This document shows, one piece after another, positions 25,323-37,398 of a DNA stretch of 64,000 nucleotides. Source of the DNA: Tubiluchus corallicola (Eukaryota > Animalia > Priapulida); NCBI GenBank assembly GCA_030141605.1, contig JAQGDQ010000183.1:124001-188000 (forward strand), given 5' to 3'. The first letter of the stretch is position 1. Every line of letters begins with the position of its first letter. The position numbers and the translations under genes were made by a program. The notes beneath the pieces were generated by a model. It was not told where the DNA came from, did not search any database, and saw only the letters and a list, made by a program, of their open reading frames with translations.

Positions 25323-28300
25323 ATGTTTACAAAATTAAAAAAGAAAATAGTTGAAGACGAAGGTGCTGGTAGTGCCAATGGCAATGAAGGTGTATTGCCA
25401 AGTCCTGTTAAAACTACGGACTCAAAACTTGGCAGTTTAATTGACCTGTCTAAAACAGTAATAGCTCAATCTCCACCACGAAGTCCGACTCCGTCCGTCA
25501 CCGGATCTGATGTGTCTCATTCTAGTCAGCGAAGCGAAAGCCGAGCCGTGGAACAACTAAAACGACTTCTTCAAGAGCGGACCGATCACGTGAGGAAGCT
25601 GGAGAAAAGTTTGCAGGAGTCAGAAGAACAGCTTAAAGAACAAGTGAGGCAGAAAGACAAAATTGAACTGGCGCTGGAGAAACAGCAAGATTCCGCTGCT
25701 AAAAGAATCCATGAGCTAAACGAGACCCATCACTCCGTGCAAGCTCGGTTAGCAGAGTCGTTTAAGAAGAAAGAGGAAGAACTTCATAACAAAATAGATA
25801 AACTACAAGAGCAGCTGGCCGACATTGATGCAATACGAGAAAAGGTTTATAAACAACAAGAGGATATGGACGAAATGCAAGGTCTTCAAACACAGGAGAC
25901 GGCAAAAATAAAGCACATGTTACTTATTACAAAAGAAGAGTTACGAGAAAAAACTGAATTAATCGAAAAGAAAGATGAAGAGATGAAGCAACTAGAAGAT
26001 GAACTAAAGAAAGAAAAAGTAAGAGTACACAGCATTTCTAGTGAGAGGGATGAAATTAAAGAGCAAGACAATCACCAGACTTCTTATATTGATGTTGTAA
26101 CAGCTGAGCGCGATTCATTAAAAGCAAATGTTGCTGAACTCACTAAACAACTTGATGAAAGAATCATGACTCACCGGAGTGAAAGTCATGCCGCACAACA
26201 ACAGAAGGACGAATTGGAAACACAAGCTGCAGAATTAAAGCAGAATTTGGAGAACCGAGATAAGCAAATTCAAGATTTGCAAAACCAAGTTGTACATCAA
26301 ACTGAGTTGGAACAACAGTTGTCTCACGTGCAAACGGATTTGAATTTGAAAAGTGAAACTTTAGTGAATTATGAAAGTCAAGTCCAAGATCTTCAGAATA
26401 CCTTAAGTGAAAGTTCCTCTAAGCAAAAAGATAAAGAGAAAGAACTACAAGATAAAAACGTGGAATTTGCAAGTGTGAATTTACAGTTGCAGCAAAAGAT
26501 AGATGATCTGGAGACAGAAATACGACAGAAATCTGAAACATTCCATGACGCAGTCCAACGACTAAAACAAGAAATGCAAAATAAGAATGAACAACTACAA
26601 AAACTTAATGAGCATTGCGCTAATCTGGAAAGAAAATACGCAGATAAGAAGTATGAATTGACCGGCGCAAAGGAAACATTGACACAAACAGAAAGTCAGT
26701 TATCTGTTTTGCTGTCTGAATTAAAATCTAACCAAACTGAAAAAGAGCAAGCACAAAAAGTTCTGGAGAATAAAAGTAAGCAGCTTTTAGCTACTGAAGA
26801 AAAATTTAAACACCTGTCTGATGAAATCGAGATCTCCCGGTCACAGCTTGCTTATAGCCAACAGCAGGTTATTCAGCTCCAACAAGACCTTGAGTCAAAA
26901 TACAAGGAACTGAACAATGACTCTGAGTTTAGAGAGAAAGAACTCACACATTTAAGAGCTGATCTAGAAAGCAAGGAACAAGAGTTGATTAGAGAACGTG
27001 ACGCTGTTCGCGATTTAGATGAAAAGATGAAAATTAAGTGTGGAGAGTTGGAGCAGTCATTAGCCGACATGAATCAACAAAACGCAGCTATGCAAAATAA
27101 AATAGATGAGCATGATCAGCAAGAAAATGCTTTAAAATCTGAACTACAAGATAAAGCAAAACAGCTAGACAAACTTAAGCAACTTGCCAGAAAATTTCAG
27201 GTACAAGCAAAAGAGTTAGAACAGGGAAAATCAGCATCTAACTGGGAGATTGAGACATTAACACAAAAACTAGGAGATGCCAACAGCAAAATTCAAGAAA
27301 CCGAACAACAACTTGCAGAAAAAATTACTACTGTAGAAGAACTAGAAGAAAAACTAGAAACAATAAGAATTGAACATAAAGAAATGCTGATGGAAAAGCA
27401 AAGACACATCGATAGTTTGCAAACTGACATTGTTGATAAAGTCGCATCCCTAGAGGTGTTACAAAAGCAGCAAGTTGAAATGAATGATTATGTGACAAAG
27501 GAACAAAAACGAGTGGAATTATTACAATCACAAGTTGAAGAAAAATCAACGTCACTAGAACAGCTACAGAAGGAACAACACGAAAAGGACGAACTTGTTG
27601 CAGAAAAGCAGAAACAGGTAGAATCACTGCAAGCGGAGGTACAGGATAAAACGGCATTGCTGGAGCGTTTGCAAACTCAACAAATTGGAGAGAAAGAGCT
27701 TATTACAGAAATTTCCAAACTAGAGCAACAAAATAATGAGTCCAAGCAAAGATTGTCAGCTTTCCAACATGAGCTTGAACAAAAAGTAGAAGAAATAGAA
27801 ATGTTGGCTTCAAAATTAGAGGGTGAGAAGAAACATTCACATGGACTTGAAAACCTGAATGATGAGAAACAAGCAACAATTATATCTTTGCAGTCCAATT
27901 TGGAAGACAAAAATGTTGTAATTACTGATTTGAAGAAAAATCTAGAAGAAGTAAGCAATAATTTGTCAATCTCAGTAGCTGAGCTGGAAAGTAAAAGTAA
28001 CAAAATTTCTGAATTGGAATCACACGTTGAGGTTGAGCTTGCTAAAAATTGTGAAATTATATCGAAACTGGAAGTGAAACTGAATGAGAGCAATTCTGCA
28101 ATTTCAGATTTCGAATGTGCATTGCAAGCAAAAGAAGAGGTAATTTCAGAATTACAATGCAAGGTTGATGAACTGAGCCATGGGAATGCTGAAGAAGTTA
28201 GACTAAAACAGGAAATTATCTCCAAACTTGATGCCGAACTTACTGACTATAAAGCTAATGCTGCAATTCTCCAGCAGACCTTGGACTCAAAAGTGCAGCA

Positions 28301-30572
28301 AATTGCATCTTTAGAACAGGAACTGGAAAATACAAGGCTGACTTTAGATAATTTTAACCAAGAAAAGGATTCAAACTTGACTACTCTCTCAAATCTCGAG
28401 AGGCAGGTACAGGAAATGCAAGAAGCCATTACCTGTCTCCAAGATGAATTAGAAGTTAAAGATTCGAAAATATCTGGTTTGGAAGCTGACTTAACAAGCA
28501 CAAGTGCTATACTGAAAACATCTGAGACCAAGTGTGAGCAGATGAGCACAGAAGTTATAAGACTACAGAATGAATTGGGCCAAAGTGTAGCTAAACTTGT
28601 TGAAGCAGAAGAGCAGTTGCAAGATGAAATTCAAAATTCTTCTGTCCTAAAAGCTGACTTGAATGAGAAAAACGAGGTTCAGTCAAAATTAGAGGACATT
28701 GTTGAGGAGAATAAGCTAAGAATTTCTGACTTTGAGAGTGAATTAAGGGAGTTAGTAGAGAAAAATACCAGTTTAGAAAGAAGTTTTGAACAAGAGCACC
28801 GAGTTGCCCAAGAGAAGATATCAAGTCTTCAAAGCCAAGTAGAAGAAACAGCTGAGTGCAAAAAAGAAGTTGAAAAGAAAAGTATGGATATTACAAACTT
28901 GGAGACAAAGCTCGATGAGTCTAATAAACAACTGTCATCTGTGGAAGAGTTGGTCAAAGAACAAAAGAAAACAATCGAGAAGTTAAATAAAGAAGTAGAG
29001 GCTGAAACAATAACGAAACAAAATTTAGAAAAAGAAATTTTAGATGTAAAAAAGAAGGTGGTATCGATGGAAGCTGAATTATCTGAAGGGCAAACCAGAG
29101 TGGCAAGTTTGGAGAATGAACTTCAAGCAGCAGCAGAACACAAAACGGTAGTTGAGGATAAGATACTGGAAATTACTAATTTGGAGATGAAACTAGGTGA
29201 GACTAGAGAGCAACTGGTGTCTGTGGAAGAAATGGAAAGAGAACAAAAAGAAATGATCGAAAAACTACGAGGAGAAGCAGAAGCTGAAACAGCAATGAAA
29301 CAAAATTTAGAAAAAGAGATATTAGATCTAAAAGAGAAGATTATGTCTGTCGAAACAGAATTGTCTGAAAAACAAGCCAAAGTAATAAGTTTGGAAGGTG
29401 AGCTAAGTCATATGAAACACGTAGCCGAAGAATTGCAAGTTACTGCATCTGACAGAGAAACAGGAGCAAATCAAAAACTTGAATGGCTTAATGGAGAAAT
29501 AACAGGGTTAAAAACTCGTATGGCAATGGAACAATCGAAATATGAAGAAAAGCTGCAGGACCAAGACAGCCAGATAGCTTATGAACAAGCACAGCTGGAG
29601 GCAGTGAAAATGGAATTAAATATGTCCAAAAACGAGCGCTTGTCCTTTCAGTCGCAGTTTGAAGAAAAACAGTCTGAAGCAAAAGAGGTGTGGAACAAAT
29701 TAGTTTTAGCTGAAGCAGAGGTGAAAAAGCTCTCGTCAGAACTGGAAAACTTACAGAAAAGGCATCATAGTGTCAAGGAAGATTTGAAGAAAACAACTAA
29801 TGAGAAGGACGGCCTGCTATTGAGAAATGCAGAATTGTCGCAAGGGTTACAGGAGAAGCAGCGACTAGCAGCACAAGAAAGCGTGGATCTACAGCAAAGC
29901 ATGGACGAGCAAGCAGAGTATATCAGATCCCTAGAAACCCAAGTCTTGGAACTTACTCACCAGATAGCTGAAAATCGGAAACTCGGTACAGATGATTCAG
30001 TGAAATCTGATCAAAATAATGACTTTAGTGACCAACAGGCTAAATTAATTGGTGAACTAGAAGCGCAATTGTTCGATAAAAACAAAACAATTAAAATGCA
30101 ACAACAGCGATTAAGTGACCTTAAGAAAACATTACAAAAAGAACTGAAGATGCAGTCTTTACCCAAAGATGCATACGATCTTCTCGAAACGGGGACCAGT
30201 AGCACACCGCTGCATGCTGTGAATTCGGGTGATAGAACACCTTCCCCTTCCACGAGCAGGAAGGTGTCTTCTACAGTGCACAATAGTTCACTTTGTGGAA
30301 CCTTCTCACCGGACGACATTAACTTTCAATACCTGAAGCATGTTGTGATGAAATTCATTTTATGTCGCGAGTCAGAAGCATTGCAGCTAATGAAAGCCAT
30401 TGCCACAGTGTTACAACTAACTGCAGAGGAAGAGCAAATTGTGAGAGACACCATAGAGTGGAAGATGTCTTGGTTTGGTACCAGGCCGGAGCTTACATCT
30501 CCTGTGCAGCGGTCACCAGCCCAGAGGTTGCCCGTTCCCCGTGCACAACATCATCGATCCCGTATCTCTTGA
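25323..30572 (+). CDS. GOLGA1: Golgin-97 / GOLGA1-like GRIP-domain coiled-coil golgin, 1749 aa, single coding exon
   Basis: N-terminus MFTKLKKKIVE, long heptad coiled coil, C-terminal GRIP domain INFQYLKHVVMKFILCRESEALQLMKAIATVLQL..EEEQ..RDTIEWKMSWFG. The KMSWFG ending is golgin-97-like. Acceptor ttttatgtttcag at 25273 lies just upstream of the ATG. Confidence 0.9.
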   Translation: MFTKLKKKIVEDEGAGSANGNEGVLPSPVKTTDSKLGSLIDLSKTVIAQSPPRSPTPSVTGSDVSHSSQRSESRAVEQLKRLLQERTDHVRKLEKSLQESEEQLKEQVRQKDKIELALEKQQDSAAKRIHELNETHHSVQARLAESFKKKEEELHNKIDKLQEQLADIDAIREKVYKQQEDMDEMQGLQTQETAKIKHMLLITKEELREKTELIEKKDEEMKQLEDELKKEKVRVHSISSERDEIKEQDNHQTSYIDVVTAERDSLKANVAELTKQLDERIMTHRSESHAAQQQKDELETQAAELKQNLENRDKQIQDLQNQVVHQTELEQQLSHVQTDLNLKSETLVNYESQVQDLQNTLSESSSKQKDKEKELQDKNVEFASVNLQLQQKIDDLETEIRQKSETFHDAVQRLKQEMQNKNEQLQKLNEHCANLERKYADKKYELTGAKETLTQTESQLSVLLSELKSNQTEKEQAQKVLENKSKQLLATEEKFKHLSDEIEISRSQLAYSQQQVIQLQQDLESKYKELNNDSEFREKELTHLRADLESKEQELIRERDAVRDLDEKMKIKCGELEQSLADMNQQNAAMQNKIDEHDQQENALKSELQDKAKQLDKLKQLARKFQVQAKELEQGKSASNWEIETLTQKLGDANSKIQETEQQLAEKITTVEELEEKLETIRIEHKEMLMEKQRHIDSLQTDIVDKVASLEVLQKQQVEMNDYVTKEQKRVELLQSQVEEKSTSLEQLQKEQHEKDELVAEKQKQVESLQAEVQDKTALLERLQTQQIGEKELITEISKLEQQNNESKQRLSAFQHELEQKVEEIEMLASKLEGEKKHSHGLENLNDEKQATIISLQSNLEDKNVVITDLKKNLEEVSNNLSISVAELESKSNKISELESHVEVELAKNCEIISKLEVKLNESNSAISDFECALQAKEEVISELQCKVDELSHGNAEEVRLKQEIISKLDAELTDYKANAAILQQTLDSKVQQIASLEQELENTRLTLDNFNQEKDSNLTTLSNLERQVQEMQEAITCLQDELEVKDSKISGLEADLTSTSAILKTSETKCEQMSTEVIRLQNELGQSVAKLVEAEEQLQDEIQNSSVLKADLNEKNEVQSKLEDIVEENKLRISDFESELRELVEKNTSLERSFEQEHRVAQEKISSLQSQVEETAECKKEVEKKSMDITNLETKLDESNKQLSSVEELVKEQKKTIEKLNKEVEAETITKQNLEKEILDVKKKVVSMEAELSEGQTRVASLENELQAAAEHKTVVEDKILEITNLEMKLGETREQLVSVEEMEREQKEMIEKLRGEAEAETAMKQNLEKEILDLKEKIMSVETELSEKQAKVISLEGELSHMKHVAEELQVTASDRETGANQKLEWLNGEITGLKTRMAMEQSKYEEKLQDQDSQIAYEQAQLEAVKMELNMSKNERLSFQSQFEEKQSEAKEVWNKLVLAEAEVKKLSSELENLQKRHHSVKEDLKKTTNEKDGLLLRNAELSQGLQEKQRLAAQESVDLQQSMDEQAEYIRSLETQVLELTHQIAENRKLGTDDSVKSDQNNDFSDQQAKLIGELEAQLFDKNKTIKMQQQRLSDLKKTLQKELKMQSLPKDAYDLLETGTSSTPLHAVNSGDRTPSPSTSRKVSSTVHNSSLCGTFSPDDINFQYLKHVVMKFILCRESEALQLMKAIATVLQLTAEEEQIVRDTIEWKMSWFGTRPELTSPVQRSPAQRLPVPRAQHHRSRIS

Positions 30573-30794
30573 GCTTGACTAAGCCGGCTCTACCAGAGTC
30601 TCAGTTCTAATGTCCAAATGAATGCAGCACATCTGATCCAATTATAGTGTTAAAATGACTGCAATAGAATAATGATCTTACATAGACATCAGTTGTGTTA
30701 AACCGAACTGATGTAAACACTATTGTGTACATAATACATCATAAGGCCTATTGTAAAGAGGTGCATATCCTAACCTCTTTTTGCATCTACACAT

Positions 30795-31159
30795 TAGGGG
30801 TGAGCATTCTTTACCAGAAAACGAATTCAAATCGAATTTGTAAGTTTGTAATTCGAAGCGAATCGAATATTAGTATTTCGAATTCGAGTTGATTTGGAAA
30901 GGTTTTCAAACAAGTTTTCGAACCATTAGTAAAAAGTGGTCTTATAAAGATCATACATATTACCTGATTTTGTTAGTTTGTTAAAAGTTTTGCACTGAAA
31001 CTTCAGTTAAATTGTGCTAATTGCATGCCGTTTCAAACATTTTAATGATAATGTATCTGGCAGAAGTGTTGAACTAGATTCGAATCGAATTCGAACTTAA
31101 AAAACCTTTTTCGAATTCGATTCGAATGTTCGAACTCGACTGTTTGATGCTCACCCCTA
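30795..31159. mobile_element. hAT-type MITE in probable GOLGA1 3' UTR (relatives at ~6042-6408 and ~15242-15540)
   Basis: TIR TAGGGGTGAGCAT / ATGCTCACCCCTA; decayed 8-bp TSD (ctacacat / ctgcacac); TTCGAA-rich subterminal repeats. Confidence 0.7.
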
Positions 31160-31857
31160 CTGCACACTGTAAACACACTCTGCATGTTTACAATGCCAAG
31201 TTCGTCATTTGTGCAGGTTGCATTGTTTATGTTACATGCTTTCTGTATGATATGCACAAAGAATGTAAGAATAATTTTTGCTGTGTGCAGAGGTTGTACT
31301 TTCACAGTTAGAAATGTTGATCTAATTTAGTTACGAATAACACAAAATATGGTTTCTAACAACACGTGCTAGGTTTTAATGCTGTAAGCGTAGCCTAACA
31401 TATTATCATAATTCTACAAAAATTGGACATAGAATGACATCTCTTTGAAGAATACAAGACTGTTGCCTATTAAATGCAATTTGTATTTACTGTGCCAAAC
31501 TCCACAAATTAGATGGCATTATTTAAGTCTGAATAGAATCCCTTGGTTATAATGTAAATAGCGGGCCATTTCATGTCTTGGGAAATACGTCAAATTTGAC
31601 CCTTATTTTAATTATTGTATTCATTTTCTCAATTGTTGCGGCATTTTATTACTTCTTTTCTGGTAATTACAACTGGTTTATGAGGGTTATATCAGTGTAA
31701 TTATTGTTACTATTTAATGAGACAATTTTACGACACTGGTGAAATTGTCGTAAAGTTATTGCACTTGATAATAAATCATAAGTCTGGCCTTTTAATTTAC
31801 TGCATTATGTATTACATAATATTATGTGCTTGTATTTATACTGTATAGTGATATAAG

Positions 31858-31885
31858 AATAAATTGTTTGATAATTTTTAATAAA
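31858..31885 (+). terminator. Candidate GOLGA1 polyadenylation signals
   Basis: AATAAA at 31858 and 31880, each followed by TTGTTT, about 1.3 kb after the stop codon. Confidence 0.4.
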
Positions 31886-32949
31886 TTGTTTAGTAAATTA
31901 CTAAAAGAATTTCATTGAAATAATTTTTAAAAGTGGGGAGTAATAATCTTTTGCTTGGTGAGTTTATTTTTACGAAAATTCCAAGTTTATTGTAGACAGC
32001 GTTCGACAAAGCGGCTGAAACAAAATTTAGGATAAAAGCAATAATTATTTTTAAAACAGTTGCTGCACTGGTGTGGCATGTTGTACATTTAGTTACTCCC
32101 GCCGTTCACAGATGGCGCTAAGAGATCAAAATCCAGGCGCTCGTGTTGCCAAAACAAACCTTAATAGCCGGGCTGTAATACATATTGTACAGTACGACTG
32201 CTCGTTTGATCGAGATGTGTTTTTCATGATTATTGGGATTAAATCTAGTCAGCTTTTAACTGCGTTTTGGATATAAAAGGATTGAAGTAAACTGTAGCAG
32301 TACACTTAAGCATTCATTTTAGAGACTTTGGCACAAGGCACATTCGTAAGTATTTGAGTGGTTGTCGCTTTTTCATGTACAGTTATTTTGTGATTAGTCG
32401 TGTATCTACTATATTAATTTATTATAATAAACTGCAGTGTTACAGATTTTTCAAGTTAGTCTTATTTTGAAAACTTGCGATTTATGATTACGTAATTACA
32501 TTGTGTAAAAAAATTACGTAGCTAGCCAGCAGCCTAGCCTGTTACGTTTGGTATTTGCAGTAAGATTAATGTTATTTGATGCTGTAGCCTGTACATAGTT
32601 GACAAAATCACAAAACTGTTATACTCGGGATCATACTGTCAAGGCGGATAATAGAGGCATGTTTGATGTGTGTGATATAAGATGCGACGCACATCGTTTC
32701 ATCATTAAAATAATTATAATGATTTAATATTTTTCAAGTATAATATATATATAATAATATATTTCAAGTGAATATACTTATAAATAACATGTGCATTACG
32801 TACAATGTAACAGAGTCATAAATGATAATAATGTCGTACGTGTAGGATGCAAATTTTTGTAGATTTTACCAGATTTTTTAAGCCAGGCTCATAAAAGAAC
32901 ATTTCGATTGGCATTTTGCTGTTAACAATTATGGTTTAGCTTATGTGGA

Positions 32950-33230
32950 TTGGCATATTCTGAGATCTTATTGAGATTTCTAAAATAGTAACAAGAAAAG
33001 AAAACATTTTGCCTGAAAAATTCTGGAATTTAGTTGTTGATTCTAAAACTAGAGAACATAGTTTAAAACTGTTTAAAGAGCTGTCACATCTTGACATTCG
33101 TAAATATTCATTATTGTGAGAGTAGTGAATGAATGGAATAATCTGCCTGCCATAGTGATTACTGCAGATAAACGTTTTATTTATCTCCCCATTTACACCA
33201 GAATACAAATAGACTATTATTGCTGTAGTT
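32950..33230 (+). mobile_element. Decayed CR1/L2 LINE 3' end
   Basis: Broken translation RDLIEISKIV...KTREHSLKLFK...LDIRKY...RVVNEWNNLP matches the CR1 ORF2 C-terminal motif. Confidence 0.65.
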
Positions 33231-33261
33231 ATTAATTAAGCAGGATACATTATGCATAAAG

Positions 33262-33667
33262 CAGGGGTGTGCAAATTATCTGACTAGCCGGGCCACATCA
33301 AACATTCCCGCAATTCCTGCGGGCCACATGCAGTTTGGTCTAGGAGCCATGTATAGTAGGACCTAATAATGTTTTTTTGCATCCGATTTGCGCACATCAT
33401 TACTACTGCACTACTACACTCCAGAAACTATTTTAGAAGTTATTAAAATTTATATTAAAAACCAAACATGTCCGACAGTGACATTAAGTGACAACGGTTT
33501 TGTAAGGGTTAATGCCATCCGATCTAGAGAAATAAACTACCCGCACTATCTTTGCGATATTGGCGCGGACTTCAGCTGGATCGCGTGGGCCACACTTTCA
33601 TTACGTTGACAAACCTCTTCGCGGGCCGCACAAGATCTCTCGGCGGGCCACAGTTTGCACACCTCTG
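33262..33667. mobile_element. hAT-type MITE
   Basis: TIR CAGGGGTGTGCAAA / TTTGCACACCTCTG; 8-bp TSD GCATAAAG at 33254-33261 and 33668-33675; gcgggccac subterminal motifs. Confidence 0.85.
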
Positions 33668-36234
33668 GCATAAAGGAAAGAGTTAGGGGGGGTGCAGGAG
33701 AAAGAGTAGCGAAGGACCAATTGGTCATCAAGTCAGCTACCCTTCTCAGGTTAGTGTAAATTGTAAAAAAAATTGTAGCGCTGCTAATTAAACCGTGTAA
33801 CATAATTATGAAGTTAGGTTAAGAAAATCAAGTGTTAACATAAATTAATAAGGGAAAAAATTTAAACTTGAATGCGAAATAACTAAATAGTATATGCAAC
33901 AAGGAAGCATTAAGTTAAAATGGAAAATATGAAGTGATGATCAACCAAATACGTAAAGCATTTAACTAACCGATTAAAACGTAAACAAACTAGAAAAACA
34001 AGTCTAACCAAAAGAAGAAAATAAATAATGAATCAGTGAAGGAAACAAAGTATGCATGATGAAATCAAACTATATAATGAATATAAATATATGTATATCA
34101 GTACAATGAAACAAAAATATGCAATAGTGTTTAATCAAATTCTGATAAGTGCACCAACCGTAGTAAAGTTTAAATCCTTAATCGACAATTACTTTGTGGA
34201 ATAATATGGGGTTTCTATGAGAGTACGGCCTTGACTCCTAATCGTGACAGTGTAACAGTATAGCTATAACAGTATGTCACAGATGTAGTCATTGGTTATT
34301 CTATTCCCTGTTCACGGTGTCATTTTGTTGTAATGATTGTATCTAGCTGCGCATGAAAGGTAAAAGCTGAAACCTAATTAATGCATCACCAACAGCTTCC
34401 CAGCACATCAAGAGTGGTAATCAGATAATTTCAAAGCTATCTTCTCACTTAATGACTTGAGTGCCTTCAGGTCATGGCAACCATCTATTTTTGTTCATGA
34501 CAGAAACCAGCATTAAGCTTGCACTGAAACCGTTGAATAATGCTGTAAAGTCTATTTATTTAAATCGCTATTTAAATTGAGAAATTCAAAGTTTATGGTT
34601 TGATTACCACATTGACCACTTACAAAGCACTTTTCCTAGCTAATGCCATAGTCTAGTTGACATTCAAAGAGAAATTCCATTTTGGCATTGTGTGGCAGTC
34701 CGAGTTGCTTAGATATTTATGTAGAGAATTTTCATCTTTAAAGCAAAGCCAGACCCAGTCTTAAACTGTAGGCCAAAACAATCTACTCTTTAAAATATTG
34801 AAAGAAAACATATTATTTTTTCAAAAATGACTTTGTGTAAGAATTATTACCACACAAACACAATTTCGCATTCGTGCCACTAGTTCATCGCTGTTAGATG
34901 TATTTCGCCATTCGCTAGTTAGTATTTCGCCATTTGAGAAACGCATTGCACAAAAAAAGGTGCTGCACCTCTCAGTTCAGATATGTTAGTTTGTGTTCTC
35001 ATCAATAGTTGGGCTCACCAGTCGTTAATTAAGTTTTTAATCTATTATTTAATTATCAGAAATGCTTTTGTAGTATTAATTGTGTTAAAATGTATACTTT
35101 TATCAGACTTGAAAACGGAGGGTAGCATATGAAAAATCATCCTGTCTTCCTCGGGGTGCGTTCAGAGTAGCGAGTTTTCTTACCAGGTAAACTCGTCAAG
35201 TAACTCGCAAGCTTGTTCAGACCAGAGAGGAAAACTTGCTGCAAGTTACTCTCTGACAATAAACGTGAGCTGACACTTCTTTATTTGCTACCAGAACTGT
35301 CGAGAGTAACTCGCCAAGGCGTTCACACTTGACAGTAACTCACAGTAAATCAACTCGCAGCAACTGTCGGAGAGTTTGCAATTTCTTGCCCTATTGATGA
35401 TATATAAACATTTTCAACAGTAAAAATATTCCCCGAGCGTGTTGCACGTGTTTGCGAAAGCAAAAATTGAAGTACAGTGCTACTGTGAGATATTCAGTGT
35501 GTTGTACTAAAACTAAGCAACTTTTAAGATAAAGAATCGAATGTCTAATTTACTGCTTTGCTCACGCATGAGCTGTCGAACGTGTATACTACGTCACAAA
35601 CTAACACATGTGAACTGAGAGGTACAGCATCTGTTTTTTGTGCAATGTGTTTCCGAAATGCAGGCGCTAGTGCCCGTCTAACAAGCGAATGGCAAAATGC
35701 ATGTAACAGCGAAGAACTAGTGGCGCGAATGCGAAGTTGTGTTTGTGTGGTAATAATTCTTTCACGTAAGTCCTTTTTGAAAAAATAACATGTTTTCTTT
35801 CAATATTTTAAAGAGTAGATTGTTTTGACGTACAGTTTAAGATCTGGTCAGGTTTTGCTTTGATATAGAGTGCGTTGAGTGCATGCATGTGCGAATAAAA
35901 CGAGTGATGTAACAATTACTGAGTGACAGAGTGAGTGAATGAAATGATGAACACATGAATGAATGCATGAAGGATGAAGGAATCAATGAATAATAGAACA
36001 GAACAGAATAGAATAGAATTTTATATTTTTTACATGGAGCTCATTAAATCGTATACACAAAATTTCCATAATGGTCCATGGCATGTTTAAGTATTAATTA
36101 AAATATAAAATAGAACAGAATACATTAAAAGTAAACAAAACTAAAACTAAAGTACTAAAACGTATAAATAGTAAAATACTTTGTAAAATTAGATATGGAC
36201 TGAAAGCAAAAGTATTAAATTAAACAGATTAAAG

Positions 36235-36456
36235 TTTTTTGCAAAATTAATCATAATAAAAACAAAAATTAAACTAAATTGAGAGTTAAAATTCTTTGCA
36301 AAATTAATCATAATAAGAACAAAGATTAAACTAAATTAAACTAGTTAAAATTCTTTGCAAAATTAATCATAATAAGAACAAAAATTAAACTAAATTAAAC
36401 GAGTTAAAATTCTTTGCAAAATTAATCATAATAAGAACAAAAATTAAACAAAATTA
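36235..36456. repeat. ~59-bp AT-rich tandem repeat, ~4 copies
   Basis: Unit ttaaaattctttgcaaaattaatcataataagaacaaaaattaaactaaattaaacgag. Confidence 0.85.
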
Positions 36457-36598
36457 GGTACAAGTACTAAATTAGACAAATTATAAAACATTTCGTAAAA
36501 TCAGACATAAAGTAAAGATCAATTTGTAGAATTTCAGTCAATAAATCTGTGTTAGGCGTTAAAATATAATCAATAAAACGTTTTTGATGCATAATACA

Positions 36599-36712
36599 AA
36601 CATACATACATACATACATACATACATACATACATACATACATACATACATACATACATACATACATACATACATACATACATACATACATACATACATA
36701 CATACATACATA
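36599..36712. repeat. (TACA)n microsatellite
   Basis: Direct reading. Confidence 0.95.
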
Positions 36713-37398
36713 ATACAGGCAAACACAACTTTAAAACATAGTTACGCGTATAAGTACTTTAAAATAAACATGATTTACCTATGTGTTGATAACTTTATAG
36801 TATAATAATGACATTAGAGCTGCTGAGCTCCACTCCGAATGGAAAACCCCACTGCTTTGCAGCGCCCTCTGCCCTGCATCTGCCTGTTTACAGCAGATCT
36901 ACCTACACTTGAAAGCCAGCAGGGAGGAGGTTTTGACACGTGGCGCGCATTACTACAAAAAACACAATCAGTTTGTAATTTAAACCTAATTGCGCGCGGT
37001 TTTACAACAAACCCAGCAAGCGAAGTCAACAGAAACTTCATAACTGCAGAAATGTTTGTTCGGTTTATACACGGCGAGTAATTTTAGTGTCTGTATAAGT
37101 AGCGTTAGCTCAGCATCTATTGTTAAGTAATTGAAACACTCAGTTTTAATAGGATATTAAAGCACAAGAGAATGCACTTTATAAATAAAGTCTGATTAGG
37201 CTAATAGTTAATCCTCCCCTGTTTGTCAACACACTAAAGAAAATCAAAGAATACAGTTTCAAACGTCTAAGTGAAGAAATTCGCGATTTTTGATTTCTTT
37301 ATTAATTAATTAATTTATTTGTTTGTTTGTTTGTTTATTTATTTGCTTATTTATTTATTGTACAGCGGACATTTTATTGCTGTATAGCGCAAACTTAA

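Noticed and set aside
9751-30610. Overlapping or antisense ORFs on the RTE and GOLGA1 (also 55753-56335 on GPX)
   Set aside because: Shadow frames of real coding sequence.
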